A stretch of 64,000 bases of DNA, taken from positions 18,200,457 to 18,264,456 of the forward strand of contig OZ316897.1 of NCBI GenBank assembly GCA_973895155.1, read 5' to 3'. The translations under genes and the position numbers were made by a program. The notes beneath the pieces were generated by a model. It worked only from the letters and a program-made list of their open reading frames with translations, ran no database searches and was not told the origin of the DNA. Below, in pieces: positions 1-13,631 of this stretch; positions within the stretch are counted from its first letter, which is position 1, and the number at the start of each line of letters is the position of its first letter. The DNA comes from Marsupella aquatica (Eukaryota; Plantae; Marchantiophyta).

Positions 1-965
1 GTAGAGGACTTCTTGGGTGCATTGGAAAGATCGCAAGTAAAGTTACCTCCTCCTAATATTGGTTGGGTTTGGGGTGACTTTGGTTCTCACATTTTGCAAA
101 GGGCTATCTCGTTCGCTTGTCGATCCTGCCAAAACAACAACCAATCCATGTTCGGTGCAATGTCTCCCCCGCTTGTGTTGGGGAGGCATTGCATACTAGG
201 TCTAGGTGTTGAGGTCCAAGTGTCCCATGCCCCTATGATCCTAGTTCAATGGACCCGTAGGAAAGCTACGAGAGTCAGGACTGGGCTGGTCCCAATGCTC
301 TGGGAAAAGCTTTGGGACAATGCTAGCAATTTGGGCCATGGGCATGTCTTGGAGGTAGGGTGGTCAGCTAGTGACGCATAGATAGTGGGGAAGCTTGGGC
401 AGCACATGATAGAGGGGCTATTATGGACAAACAATGGGCGCCAACCTTGGCTGTGGCTTATGGCAAGGCCATGCGGACCTGGGAGACTATATCCACTGAC
501 CTATTTATTAACAATTGTTGGGATCCAAAGTCAAGGTTACTTAGTTACTGGTTGGGTTGGTTGCTTGTGCAGATAGTAGGGACTGTTGAGCGATGGTCAT
601 GTTGAGGAGTAGGTGTGACTTTGTATGAGAGTTACCGCTGACGGTGATAGAAGCACTGGGTTGTCTGCTCGTGGAGTTCAGTGGTGACACTTGGACACTC
701 AAAATACTTAGCCAAGACTACTGAGTTTGGTGAGGGTATTTAGTGGCTAGGTCCACCACTAGGTTGCTACAATAGGTGGAGGATAGGAGCTACCATAAAT
801 AGGGCTGGTGAGGCAGATTCACCGCTAAATGTCCAGGTGAGTTATTCTATTCAGTTGCATGTTAATTCTGCCTCACGAAAAAATAGACTACCTGGTGACT
901 TATAAATTGACTTCACTCAAAACGCCACTAACCCCAGAAACTCACCCTGCATTGACTGATTTAGG

Positions 966-1092
966 GAAACTATAATACACGCAGGCATTTAAGGAAAACT
1001 ATAATACACTCAGGTGCTTACACAAGGTTGGAAACTATAATACACACAGGCATTTAAGGAAAACTGTAATACACTCAGGTGCTTACACAAGG
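966..1092. repeat. Short tandem duplication (~65 bp x2, built from ~30-bp subunits)
   Basis: ggaaactataatacac(g/a)caggcatttaaggaaaact(a/g)taatacactcaggtgcttacacaagg occurs twice in tandem. Confidence 0.8.
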
Positions 1093-1486
1093 TAACCGAT
1101 CTCCTCTTGCAAATCATGGACTCTAACCCCCTCCGCCTAAACTGCCCTCTAGAGTTCATAGCCCATGACCCCCTTTCCTTTCACCCTTTGCCAGGAGTGG
1201 CAACTGGGGTGTGAGACAGCAGAACTCTACCACTTTGCAAGAATGAGGGTAGGGCCTTTTCCAAGAACGAGAGGAGGGTGTGGGGAAGGGACTAACCTCT
1301 TTTGTTAATTAATTACACTACGCCACTTTCGTTGCTCTCACAGGCTACTGGAGAAGCATGGCAGGGCTCTGTTTTTGTACAGAGCTCGACGCTCACATTT
1401 ATTCAAGGGAACATCGATGAAAGGTCCAACACGGCAGTGGGCTGGAAAACAATGTGTCGCAGGTTATTTCCTCCCGAGAAGAATTC

Positions 1487-4400
1487 ATGAAGAAATTGCT
1501 GGCTCAAGCCGTGGGTTTGCCACACATGGCGTTGGGGCCTTTCTCACGACTTCCAGGCACGCCTTCTGCTGGGTGCATTCCAGTGTCTGCCAGGCGCCCT
1601 GGTCCGACTTTTGCCCAGATTGTGAAGACCAACCATGAGCTCTGCAGTAGCTGGGCTGGAGCTGGAGTTGGAGCTGGAGCTCCGGGAAGAGGTCACACGT
1701 CACTTGGATTTTGGATGCAGAATTCGAAGTCGTCCAGTAATTTGGCCAGATGTGGTGGGAGCAAGCTGATTGCTACTTCGACTGCCTGCTCTGAACTCGA
1801 AACACCCACCAAGGAGCTGCCCAAGAAGATATCCTCTCCCAAACCAAGAAAGAGACCTACGAAATTGCAGAGCCCAGTTCCTTCCCGCGATGCCCAGCAG
1901 AGCAGTGCTCTCCAACAAGTATGTTTACTTTCTTCCTCAATTCCGATTTTCTGCCTGTAAGGAAAATCGATACATCCTCCAGGGGACTTGTGGTAATTCA
2001 TCACGGAAAGTTTCTTGAATGAGAATTGTTTTTGGATTTCCCCCTCGACTTGGTTTCCAACATTTACTGGAAATTCTGTAGACGGTTCTTGGTGAAAACG
2101 ATAGTTGTGAGCACTTCGTGTACAGCCTCACCTTGGCAATATTTACTTGCTTGACATGTTTGACGACTTTCTATTTCCGGTTTCGAATACGAGAGATTTC
2201 AAAGATGAGCCAAATCTTCTTGAACTTTAAGCGATCCTTAGGGTCCGGTACTTCGTGTCTTTTGAGTGAAATCCTCTGTTGTCAACGTTACGAAGAGGAA
2301 TAGACGCCCCGCAGTGACTCAAAATCGTCGTCTAAGTACATGTAAAGCTTGACGATGTCGTGGATTTTAGATGCAGCAGCTTGAAGTTCACCCGATCACC
2401 TCTTTGCCTTGTCTCGGTCTCGTTTAGTTGTTGCAAAACCTGTGCATGAAGAAAGGTTTTGCAAAGACATCCCTACTTGAATTTCCACATGGCATTTGCA
2501 CTAATACAGGCGATCGAATCATATCATTCTCTGAGCATTGTATGGCGCCCAACTTTCCCTAGGTTCCTCTTGTGCAAGGATTCAACAAACAACTTCCAGA
2601 CTGTAATGCTCGTACAGCTCGTTTTTTCAGGTGACAGTACCTGATACATCGGTCTGGTCAAAGGTACAAACGTGGGTTGTATTTTCTGATCTACACTTCA
2701 GTCGGAGAACGCGTGACACTTGTCTAAAAGTTCTAGCAGCTGTACATGCGGAGGCATCTGGGAGGTCAGACATTCTCCAGTGCGCAATTGTTGTTCTGCT
2801 GCACTCTCTTGTAATACCTCCTCTCCGTTTTCTTTGGCATGCTGAAATCTAGACTTTTGTGTTCTCAAGAACGGGGAGAAGATTAATATTTCACATGATG
2901 CAGACAGAGGATAGCGGTGCCCCCATTTTAAATCCTTATCTGAGATGGAATTTCCATTTGAGTTTCAGTTGCCTCCGTTGGGCTACTTGGAATGAAGTGG
3001 AAGACTATTGTTTTGACTCAACAGGAAAGCTGGAATAATCTTCCTGGGAGATTTTTGGCATGCACGAGGAGCTCTTCCGGTGGAACTTCTCAACATTGTA
3101 GTTACCGAGCTTGCAAAATGGACCTGCCCTGCAGTTTTTATTCCTGGAAATCATGATCAGGTCACTTGCGTTACTTCTTCTGCGCCCTTTAGTTAACAAT
3201 TGTTCCTGTAGAGTTTGCTAGCAGTTCATGTACAACGGGTTGTTGTGAGTCTCATTTATTACAGATACCATATTACAGTCTGATTGGTCACTGATTCGGT
3301 CTTCGGAGCATTTTTCGGCAGGTGAATATGGGTGGTCAAATGCATGCCCTGATGGTTTTAGGAGCTGTGAACCCTTTGATAAAGGTTTTCGATAACCCTG
3401 TTGCGTTCCTAGATGCCCTCTGGTTACCCTTTCGCCGGGACCATGATTTGATTAAAGAGGCACTCCATCGACATCCCAACGTGAAGGCGATCTTTGCACA
3501 TCTTGATGTGGTGTGTATCGCTACAAGCACCCGCTGGCCTAACGGTCCTAAACTAATACATTCTTTTGTTTTGCGTTGAGAACTTTCTCAAGAAATCTTG
3601 CCTTAAGAACTTTTAGTTGTTAAATATGACATTGGGTCGCAGTGAACGCAATCTTCTGTGTTTGTTATACAGACGATCGAAAGATTTCAGACGTATGTCT
3701 CTGGTTTTATGATTCAGGTTGGGGCATACATGAATGAATCCTACCAGGCAAAAGAGGGTATAGAGCCAAGTAACTTTCCACGGGATATTCCGATCTTCAC
3801 TGGACACTACCACAAACCTCATGTTGTGAAAAATACCAGATTGATTACATTGGCTCGCCATATCAAATCTCTGCGAGTGAAGTTGGTCAGAGGAAGAGAT
3901 TTATACTCTTGAACAATTCATGGCAGGTTGGCCACTCTACACTTCTGGTTCACAATATCCCAATTTTGCGTGAAAATACCTGAAGACTTCTTCTATTTCC
4001 TTAAAATTTCACAAGTAATGTTTTTGTGTTGTTGTGGAACAGAAAGTTGGAGAAGTCTCCATCGACATAGGCGGACGGCACTTTGTCATTTCGGATACCG
4101 ATGAATTATCTTTAGAGAAGATTGAAAGTTTGCGTAGCTGGGACCACATCCGTCTGCTACTCTCCTCAACACTCGCGGAGGAGCATATCAAAGAGGATGT
4201 GGTACGATCTCATGGGAAATATGAATAGTTTAAAATACTTTTGGTGCATCGAATGCATTCATGAATTTGACTAGCCTGTGCTGGGGAAGGGGATGCTATG
4301 TTTCCTACGAAACCTTTTAGATGTTTCACGTGCACTTGACCTACTTGTTGTACTAGCTTGGGATGATGTAAGAGCTGGGTGCAACTCGACAAATGTGATC

Positions 4401-5832
4401 ATCCGCTTTCTAACCATGTAACGATTAAATAGCTCGTAGACAAACAAAATTTTCGCTCGCTTAAATTTGGACTCGTCAAACTCATTCTAACATTTTATGT
4501 TACTGTTATCCACCTTTGGGCTGTATCAGGAGAGGCTTCGAACGAGGGGTGTTGAAATTGATTTGGTTTTCCCAACTATTACATCTAAGCCTCGAATTGA
4601 AGAGGCCGAAAACCTGGTAAGTATAGTTTCTATCGTGTTGTCGTCTGCAGGCCTGCGTAGTCTCACTTTCTTAGCCAGAATTAACGTTCCAAGACTTTGA
4701 GGCATCATTGCTCTTGGTAGTTAGAATTTCTGATGATCGGAGGTATATATTTGCTGGCAGACGGTTTGAGATTTTGTAGTTCCGAGGACTTCCTTGGAAT
4801 TGTAGTTCCGAGGACTTGAGACAGTGCAGTGCTTATGGTGCATTTTTTTGTGCTTTCGTGCTTTCTGTCTATCTCCTGAATATCCTCTATTCATCCTCTG
4901 ATTGTATATAGTGGATATCTTTGCAGGACGCATTCGGGCTATTCAATATGTATGCTGAGCGGGTAGAGATGAGCTCTGGAGCGAGGCAAAAAGAATAGAG
5001 ATGTTGCGTACCATGGACCTTCCAGCTAAACTCATTCAGAGGCCCCAAGGTGCTAATTCTACAATTTCCACAACATTTTGCCATAGCTTGCTGTAGACGT
5101 TGATTAATGGATTTTTCTGTACATTCAACTTTGAGTTTTTCTCGAATAGCATTTGCTTGTGCACTCTATCTGCTTCAATCTCTTGATTAAACATCTGACC
5201 ATGAGATATCTCTGATGCAGTTAATCTGGTCCTACAGCAAGTGGAGATTGAGGGTTTTGGTCCCTACCTTGAGCCTGTAGTTTATCCTTTGGAGCAAAGG
5301 GGAATTCGGGTAGTGTGTGGGAGAAATATGGATTCAGCTGGAGCTGATAGCAATGGTGCAGGCAAATCAACACTAGTGATGGCTCCACTTTGGGCACTTT
5401 CAGGTACAAGGATTCTGATTGCCGTGGCTATGGGTTGTAGCTGCCGTCTTCTGTCTTTCCGTGAATACTTCAGGAATAAGACAAATGCTTGCGAAGCACA
5501 ATGACACTTCAGAAACAGTCTTAGCCTGATCATTGAATTGCAAGGGCTTTAGATTGATTTATGATGACAAATCTTAAGTATGTACTCTCGTCACGAAGCA
5601 TGACAGGTGGTAGTTGCAATGAGTTAATCTCAGAGAGGAAATAAATCTTGGCAGGATGTATGAACTTTAATTACAAGCTGGTTATCCAGTGGATTCTAGG
5701 TGAGGGACCCGTAAGCAATTTTGCGAAATCTATGCTCTTTTAATTGTCATACAGCTTAATCTTTTGAGCGATTCTAAACAGGGTCCACAGATCCAAGGCC
5801 AGATTCTATGAGGGGCCTGTTGACCTCCGATG
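1487..5832 (+). pseudogene. Multi-exon SbcD/Mre11-type metallophosphoesterase fused to the start of an SbcC/Rad50-type ATPase; frameshifted and 3'-truncated
   Basis: GT-AG exons carry phosphoesterase motifs VFSDLH (~2680), FLGDFWHARG and PGNHDQ (3040-3161), IFAHLDV (~3490) and FTGHYHKPH (~3800), followed by the SbcC N-terminus IEGFGPY and the Walker A SNGAGKSTL (5241-5402). A 1-nt frameshift near 3838 shifts the expected IDYIGSPYQ segment out of frame, and no coiled coil or C-terminal ATPase half follows ~5832. The N-terminal exon is Ser/Arg-rich (possible transit peptide). Confidence 0.8.
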
Positions 5833-6851
5833 TGATGTCTTGCTTCATGACAGATATTGTACTGCCTGGAAATATGCACACGGTATCCAATGTATCAACA
5901 TTATAAGAGTGGTTCATTTCAAGTGATTAGTGTTCATGAATTGAAGCTGGTTCATTTCAAGTGATTAGTGTTCATGAATTGAAGCTGTAGGGACTTAATT
6001 ATGCCAAATTGACTTACTGCTATTATGACGGATGCAAAATTTTAGTGGAAAAACAAAAAAACTCGGGAGTGTTCGTTGATCCTAGGCCGGGAGTGGCATT
6101 TACAATTGAATACCTGTGAAACACGGTGGACTTAGAGTAATGTTTCTGATCGTATTGCATCACGGAGGCCAGATGTAACCGTCGCTCGTGATATAAATGA
6201 AGCTACTGTATATAGCCAGCCAGCCGAAACAATGTTACCAAATGTGGTCCTCTTTACATGAATTTTTCATGATGGAAACATCTTTGAAATATTTTTGTCA
6301 TCTACTTTAAGACCACATGTTTTCAGTGTTGATATGTTGAACTGCAAGTAAATTTTCAGTTAGGTCATTTGGAGTTATGAATCAGACAATTTGGCCATAG
6401 AGTGGAATATGTTCGGGAAATTTAAGGAAAAATAACACTTCTAAATTAAACAACGAGTTTAGATCAATTTCACAGATTTTATTGTACAATCGCGTTTGTT
6501 TGGCCCTTTCTAGCATATTGGTCCTTTCCCGCTGAAAACAACAAAACGTAATCAAGCGTTGAGATAAGAAAAGTGCCATCATCCATTTGAATCGAGTTTG
6601 TTGATAGTTTCATAGTGAAATACTGGAAGTGACCTGTCGTGACAAGGGTGGCTTGTTCCAATACCTTGTAAGACTTGTTAAGGGTGATTTTCATCCATTT
6701 CGCCTCCCCTTTCTGTGATCCGAGGTCCCAAAAAAGGTCTGTGATCTGAGCCAATTTAATTATCTGGAGTGCATGATCTTATAATTTATTGTTTGTGGCT
6801 GTCAGTGCTATGTTCGTATGGGTTTTTCAAGAATGTCTGGAGAAGCATTTA

Positions 6852-6943
6852 GACCTTTGCTACTAATCTTTTCGTACAAACCCTTTTCCCTTCGGCAGAT
6901 CAGGAGCCCGCTTAGTATCCCTTACATCTTCTAATCTTTGGCT
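6852..6943 (-). pseudogene. Short relic of a further ROCO gene (end of COR-B)
   Basis: Minus strand agccaaagattagaagatgtaagggatactaagcgggctcctgatctg...aagattagtagcaaaggtc aligns with ROCO C 33239-33329 (SQRIEDVSDTDRALDLLEGKG..EKISSKG). Confidence 0.7.
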
Positions 6944-7902
6944 CGGTCCCCGTCTGCAGTTGCGCAGGACCAAATAGATCCAGCACAATCATTATTTGGA
7001 TTAGATATTTTCGGTCCCCAAATCACGACGCTTTTCCCAGATTTATTAACGTAAATGGTGATCCCTCGAATGTGCGATGAGACTGAGTGGGTAAAAGCTT
7101 GAATTCCCAGGTTGATCGTTGTCCACTAATTCAGAGTATGTAGCTTCCGGGGAGGGGGGAATCAGCGCCATTCAAACAAAATTCCCTGTTCAATCAGGAA
7201 TTAACAGATCCCGCCATTTTTCTCCATCTATTACAAGTTGTGCCTGAGGCACCTGAAAGAGTAGAGTAGACCCAGGTAATGGTAGTTACTTGCTTCACGA
7301 AATGCTACAATTGCAAAGCATTCTGGGATTTCAGAAGCCATGCAATTATTCAGATGAGAAAAACATTGGCGGCTCCAAACTAGAACTGACAGAAGCATTT
7401 TCTTTGTGCTCGATGATGTCTTCAATTCCACCCAGAGACTACAAATACATAAACTAGACAATTCGTAGGATCAAATGGAAACAAATGTTATTGTAAGTTT
7501 TACTTGAAACCATCGAGCAAAGTATCGAAGTTACAGAATCAAACAAATTGCTCACTCAAAGAACCGGACTGCTTCATGTGAAAATGATCAATATCGTCTC
7601 CAAACCCGGAATATGCTCCAGAAGTTGCGGGTTTGATAGAGGCATATCCAGCTACTTAACAAAATTCGTTTCACAAAATGGATGGCAGGTACTCAAGACA
7701 ACTATTACAGGGAAATTTCAATTGCCTTGAGGTTTGCTGGAGGTGTCAAGCTCTTTTGCCTGCAGTCCACGCACTGAAGGGCAGATTTCTGTACCAATTT
7801 TGGCCCGATAAGTCATCGGAGAGCCTTTCTTAGGTATCTCTTAGTCCAATGCAAAGCTAGGGCTAATAGCAGTTGTGTGAATCGCTCAAGAGCGAGCGCT
7901 GT

Positions 7903-10900
7903 TTACATGTCACTAACCAGATTAGACTTCCTGAACTCATGATGACAGTCGGTGCAGATCCAGACAACACCATGGAGAGAACCATCGTTGTATGCCAAAC
8001 GCACCTTTCTAAGTTTTAATTTCTCCTCATAGTCCTCCGCCGTCACTGTTCCTATCAAACTAGTGATGGCAGCTCTACTCTTTCCATACACATCTCGAGG
8101 GTTCAAAGAGGGACCAGTAGGATCAAGTCCCATGCCCTCAGTCATCAGCCTATTTAATTCTGGCATTGAGTACTCGGTGGCCCAAACGATTCCATCTAAC
8201 AGTGATTTTCCTTGCTGCAAATCCTGGAAGTCAGGCAGTAGCAAACCCGCCCCAGGCGCCACAACATTCGTTGCTATTTTTGCTGCGATTAAGAGAACTG
8301 TTAGCGACACTTTGAGCCACCGGACGAGTTTTTTCAGGGCTGGCTTTAGGTTGGAAACAACGAGGCCCAGCTGATCCTTGACTTGATGCGGTGTGTACCT
8401 ATGTGTGTACCAATTGTACATGGCCTCACATGCAAATTGTAAACGAACATTGACAGTTGGTGACAAAGCCTCCTTCAATGTAGCCCTTAGACCAGAGTCT
8501 ATTTTCCCCAGATAGATGAGGTTCGGGCAGGTTCTGTCCTTGTCTTCTTTGAGAAATCTCTCTGTGTCTTGAAGCTTCCGAAAAGCCATCTTTTGCTCCT
8601 TCAAAACCTCTGCAAACCCCTCCCGAAGCATCCTTTCAACCTCTGCAAACCCCTCCCGAACCTGCTTGGAGATGTTATCCTGCTTGGTCATAATCTTATC
8701 CAGCTTCTCATGTATACTGCGCATGGTCATAATCTTATCCAGCTTCTCATGTATACTGCGCAGATCCCTGTCGACAGTTGATGATCTCTGCATCGTCTTG
8801 GCAGCTGGGGTTGTAGCTGGACTCGCCATTTCGATCCCATCCAATCCAAGTGCTGCCTCCTCCACCTTATTCCCATCTATTGAGACCTCCAATTCTTCAG
8901 TCAATTCGGGTGGATAGATTCCCAGGTTGACAGCTTCCTGCATTACTTGCCTCAAAACATTGAGGTCGTCGTTTGCTGACATAATCACATACTTTTTGTC
9001 CTCTGTGGACAGCAGCTGATCTTCTGTTATTTCAGAGCGACGGCCTACCAGCCACTGCATTTTTCTTCCCATGCCGTGCATTTGCACCCACTTCTTCACT
9101 TGAGCCACCTCCACATTTCTGTCCTGCTCGTACACCGGTCTAGATTGGGTAACCGGCCAAGGCCAAACCACTTTCTGCACATATTGAACCCCTCCACACT
9201 CCTTTTTCCACAGGTCCAGAAGTTTATTGACAAGATCTTCAGCCAGGTTGACTTGGCTTTGTTTCCTTTGGTTCATATCGAACTCATCTTTCCTGGTCTG
9301 TGGGTTCACCAAAATGCTGATCTCATCAAACGTGGAAGGGTCCTTTCCAGCAATCACCTCAATCCTTATGTTCATGTAATCCACCGTGAACGTCATGGAA
9401 TCCTTACCGGCAACAAAGTCATGGTCTGGTACATCTCCATTATTGAACTCTGGGCTGTGCTCAAGCTGAGCCCGAAATGTATGCCACAACGACCTTGGTG
9501 CTCGAGTCATTTCCTTTTTCAGGTGCTGAATAGAGAAACCCATCACCCACTGCTCCTCTCCATCTTCATGTTTGCTCTGAGACTGCCACAGATCTCCACG
9601 TTCCAAATTCCCATCAACAAGAGTCGGTATAGATTGATCAGTACTGCTTGACACTGAAGCTGTGGAGCTGGAAACCAACGGTACCGGACTCACTTGACCT
9701 TTGCTACTCATCTTTTCATAGGCACCCTTTCCCTCAAGCAGATCAAGAGCCCGGTCAGTATCGCTCAAATGTTCTATATTTTTTCTCCATGTATGTTGGT
9801 AGCTTTTGTCCTCCGCTAATAGACCTTTCAGCACTGCGACCGAAACAGAGTGTTCTTGCCTCTTTATGCACAAGTGGAGCTCCTCAACACACACTGGCCT
9901 TATGACAGATTCAACAAGCTCCACTCCTTGGCATCCCTGAGGTGAAGCACAAAAGGTGCGGATTCTCTCAACCACATGTGTCTGTACAAATTCTATAGCC
10001 TTTGTGAAGGGTTCAGATGACCTGACTAGTATATCTATGGTATCGTCAATGTCACCAGCATATTCCAAGCACACCTCAATACCACTTTTTGTGAACTGTA
10101 TAACGTTTCTTCCAACTCCAAAGCCAGGGTTATCCGTCCACCCATTTTTATGTAGATAATTTCGCAAGTGAACCTGCAGGCAACAAGCTAATAGTTGGAG
10201 AAGCAAGCAGAGGAAAGTCAATGCACTCACAAAACATATCATAAGCTGAAAGACAAAAAAGAACAATATTGGCAACATGAACAAGGAAAGTCAACTCAAA
10301 GGGGGATCTACCACAAAACATTTGAAATGAGTTTACAGCTTCCAAAGTTACCTGCAACCTTGGAAAAAATCCAGGCGTCAAAAATGTGGTGGACCTATTT
10401 TGACATTGAAGGCGACGGCCAAAATACTCCAAGTGCCCTTCCTGTTGTACTTTCCATTGCAGTGGCCGTTTGCCCTTGGCAGCAGTCTCTTTCTCATCAT
10501 CAAAAAGGGTCGGCATGAAAAATGAAGAACATGTTTCTTTTCTATCTTTTTGCGTATTCTGGAAACACATTTCCAAGTGGATCATCAAATCTATTAACTT
10601 CTCCGGCGGGATACATTGCTTGAGATCCATACCCTGTAATGACCGCTGAAGATGTTCAATCATGTCTTGCCTCTCCACAAAGCCCTGGCGATGGTCAAGC
10701 TCACAGAACTCCGTGCCAGTTGAGAAAGCACAGAAGCATGTGGAAGCATCTAATTGGGGCTGGTCTGTTCCTTTGAATGCATTTATCAATGAACCCAGAA
10801 CATCTATCCCAAACCAACTGGGGTTGGTCACAATGAAATCAGTTTTCTTGGAAAATATGATTTCTCCTAAATCATTCAGATAAGCCAAGACAATCTTCCA

Positions 10901-13631
10901 GCCCTCCTCTGATAGCTTATCAAATTCTACTAGGTTGTTTGTACACAACTCGTTAAATTCCTCAATGCTTAGAACAGGTTTCAGGGGGTTTTTCTTGGAC
11001 CAGCCCTCCAAAAGATGACGAACTTGCTCACACACTGCATATTCTGTTTGCTGTGCCAAGATCTCTTTCAAGTTGCTACTACTGGCAGTGAGCAGGCGCT
11101 GCACATCTCCAGCAGAATGAGCATTCACAACGTCAACGTCCTCACTCAAATCGAGGACATCTTGGAACACATTTTTCAACTCACGCACCACACGCTTTGC
11201 TCTGGGAGTGAATTGCCCTGGTGACTGGAGGGTATCTGTCTTCGTTAGAACAAATCTCACTCGAGGCAATTGAGTCCCTCCATGTTGCTTGGAATTAGAT
11301 GCCAGAAATCTCATCCAATACTCACACTCAACTCTGATGGCGTTTTCATCTTTAATTTTACCTTTTGGATCTGCATCACCTGGAGGATCTCGACAACTAC
11401 AGACGTACAAAAAAACTGAATTCTTGACATCAGGGAACACGTAGTCATGAAGGGCATAATATTCCTTTTGCCCAGCAAAGTCCCAAATGGACTTTAAATA
11501 TGGCTGTTTCTCAAGAACTACTACCTGAAATCCTCTGGTTCGGGCTGTCAGCTCTTTGTGTGCATCGCTCCCAAGCAAGAGTCGTTGAAGAGAAGGGTAA
11601 GATTGCATCAGTCTCTTCCACAACATTTTGACCGGGTGAGCGTAGGAAGTGCCATGCTCTATGCGCTTCATGGTCTTGGAAATTTCTGTTTTTCCTGCCA
11701 TTCAAACCAACAGACCTAGCGTTACACCACATTCAGCACATAAATTTGAATTCTATTTCACTCTATCCATTAAAAGTTGTGTGTTTTATTTTGTTCACTT
11801 TTAGTCCTCTAAATATTCACTTTTGATCTCTAAATGTACATTTTTTAACACTAAATTGTACATTACAGTGCAATGTTCTACACCTAAATGATAAAACTTG
11901 AGGGTGCAAAAAGTACCTTTACTAGAAGTAATCTAGTATTAGTTTATTTACAACGAATGAACATGGTGATATGTATAATGGCCATGACTTTTGTTTCTTA
12001 CCAAAATGTACACATTTTGAAAGCCAAAAGTACACTTTTTGAAAGCCAAAAGTACACTTTATATTACCCAAATGTTAATAATTCACTTTTAATGAATAGG
12101 TTAAGTAGTGATAATAAACAATGTAAAACCATATTGGGTTAGCAAAGCAAAGATGACTGTGGACATATAAGGAGCACAATGCAACCACTCTTATTGATGA
12201 ACTTGTGGTTGGATCTTTAACAACCAATACATACACGTTGGTTCAATACAATCCTAAACGTTTTCTACATACTTCTAGACTGATCACTTACATGTACGTA
12301 CTCACACACCTCGACAAGCAGTTCAATTTTAGGATTGAGAATTGAGAGTAAGTCGAAGCTCACAGTGAAGAATGAATAAGTTAATGAAGGAAGAGTAAAC
12401 GGCGAACCTGCAAAACCATATCCGCACAATACGATAACTGGCGTTTGGGGTTGACCCTTGAGCCGAGATCGATACTCCTTGTTGATCCTCAGCTCTTCGT
12501 TGATTTGTCCCTGCCTGGAGTACAAACCAGTTTCATAAAGCGAGATCTTTTCTAATCCGGTATCGCTGTTTTGGAGCAGATCCAGCAGAGACTCATAGAC
12601 GTCTTCTTCAACCCAGTAACATCCAAACAAGTCCAGGTTCGTGAGGGTACTATTTGCTTTTAGGGCGGGAATAATTGTCTCCTTCCAATCTGTAGGCAGG
12701 AATGGCGCCCAGCAGATCTTGCCCTTGTCCAGCCTTCGAAGTCCTAAAGTGCGCAGGGACTTGTTTGTTTTGATCATATGTGTCACGGACTCCACACACT
12801 CCCGATTTGGGTCATGTAAGTACAAATGTTCCAAAGATGTGTTCTGCGGGCTGTTGGCATTCGGTCCATCTTCCCCACGTCCGGGGATAGTGGCTGCAGT
12901 AACATCTTCATTCCTTCTCTCCCAATAGCGTCAAATCCAACCTGTAATTCCCTCAATGTAGAGTTGCTCGCCAAGGCCGAGGACATCTGTTTTGCGCCTT
13001 CTAGAGACATACCAGTGTCGCCAAGTTCCAACCGCTCGATTGTAGCGTTATTGATCAGCAATTCAGCTACACACGAGATTCCTTCATCCAGCAGGCGGTT
13101 TTTGGCGAGAACGAGTCTTTCGAGAGTCTTGTGTGACTTTAGCCCATGCAGTAGGCATCTCACACCAGTACTTCCCATGTCGACCTGGCTCAAGTAAAGT
13201 TCGCGCAAAGACGAATTGGTTGCCAAGGCATGGGCCAAGAGCCCGCACCCCTTGACTGTACCAAAAACCTTCATATTGGTATTGGATAAGAAAAGAACTG
13301 TAATATTGGTGTTGGAACACAAGTTGACACAAAGAGCAGCCGCCTCGTTCACGGTCATAGCCCGATCGCCTGGACTGGAGAAGACTGCCATGGTAAGTGA
13401 AATGTCGCGACCGATCGTAGCAAGAACCACAGCTCTCGCCGACTCAGGAGTTGTCAGGCTATTCAACTTTGACAGTGCGAAGCTATCTCCACTGCTTTTT
13501 ACCTAACTCAGCGTATCAACAATACTCTGTTCGGAACATCCTGCTCCACGAAGAGAAGCCTCCATGCCCAGCTCTCCGACTCCGCTCCAATAGGCCACGG
13601 CTTCATCCCAGTCGCTGCTACTTGCGGCCAT
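7903..13631 (-). pseudogene. ROCO copy A: TORNADO1-like LRR-Roc-COR-CORB'-coiled coil-C-terminal protein; exons 13631-12408, 11694-10352, 10173-7903
   Basis: 28-aa RI-like LRRs; P-loop GYGFAG/KT split by an intron; Roc motifs TARTRG, IWDFAGQKEYY and VLTKTD; COR segments LGEII..P.WF and PGFFPRLQV; TRN1-like end LRKVR..VWICTDC. Lesions: GAG>TAG at 13503-13505, 1-nt deletion near 12872, and a 12-nt deletion (TSGR) before the P-loop. Confidence 0.9.

Noticed and set aside
1-830. Possible retroelement coding remnant
   Set aside because: No diagnostic gag/pol motif recognised.
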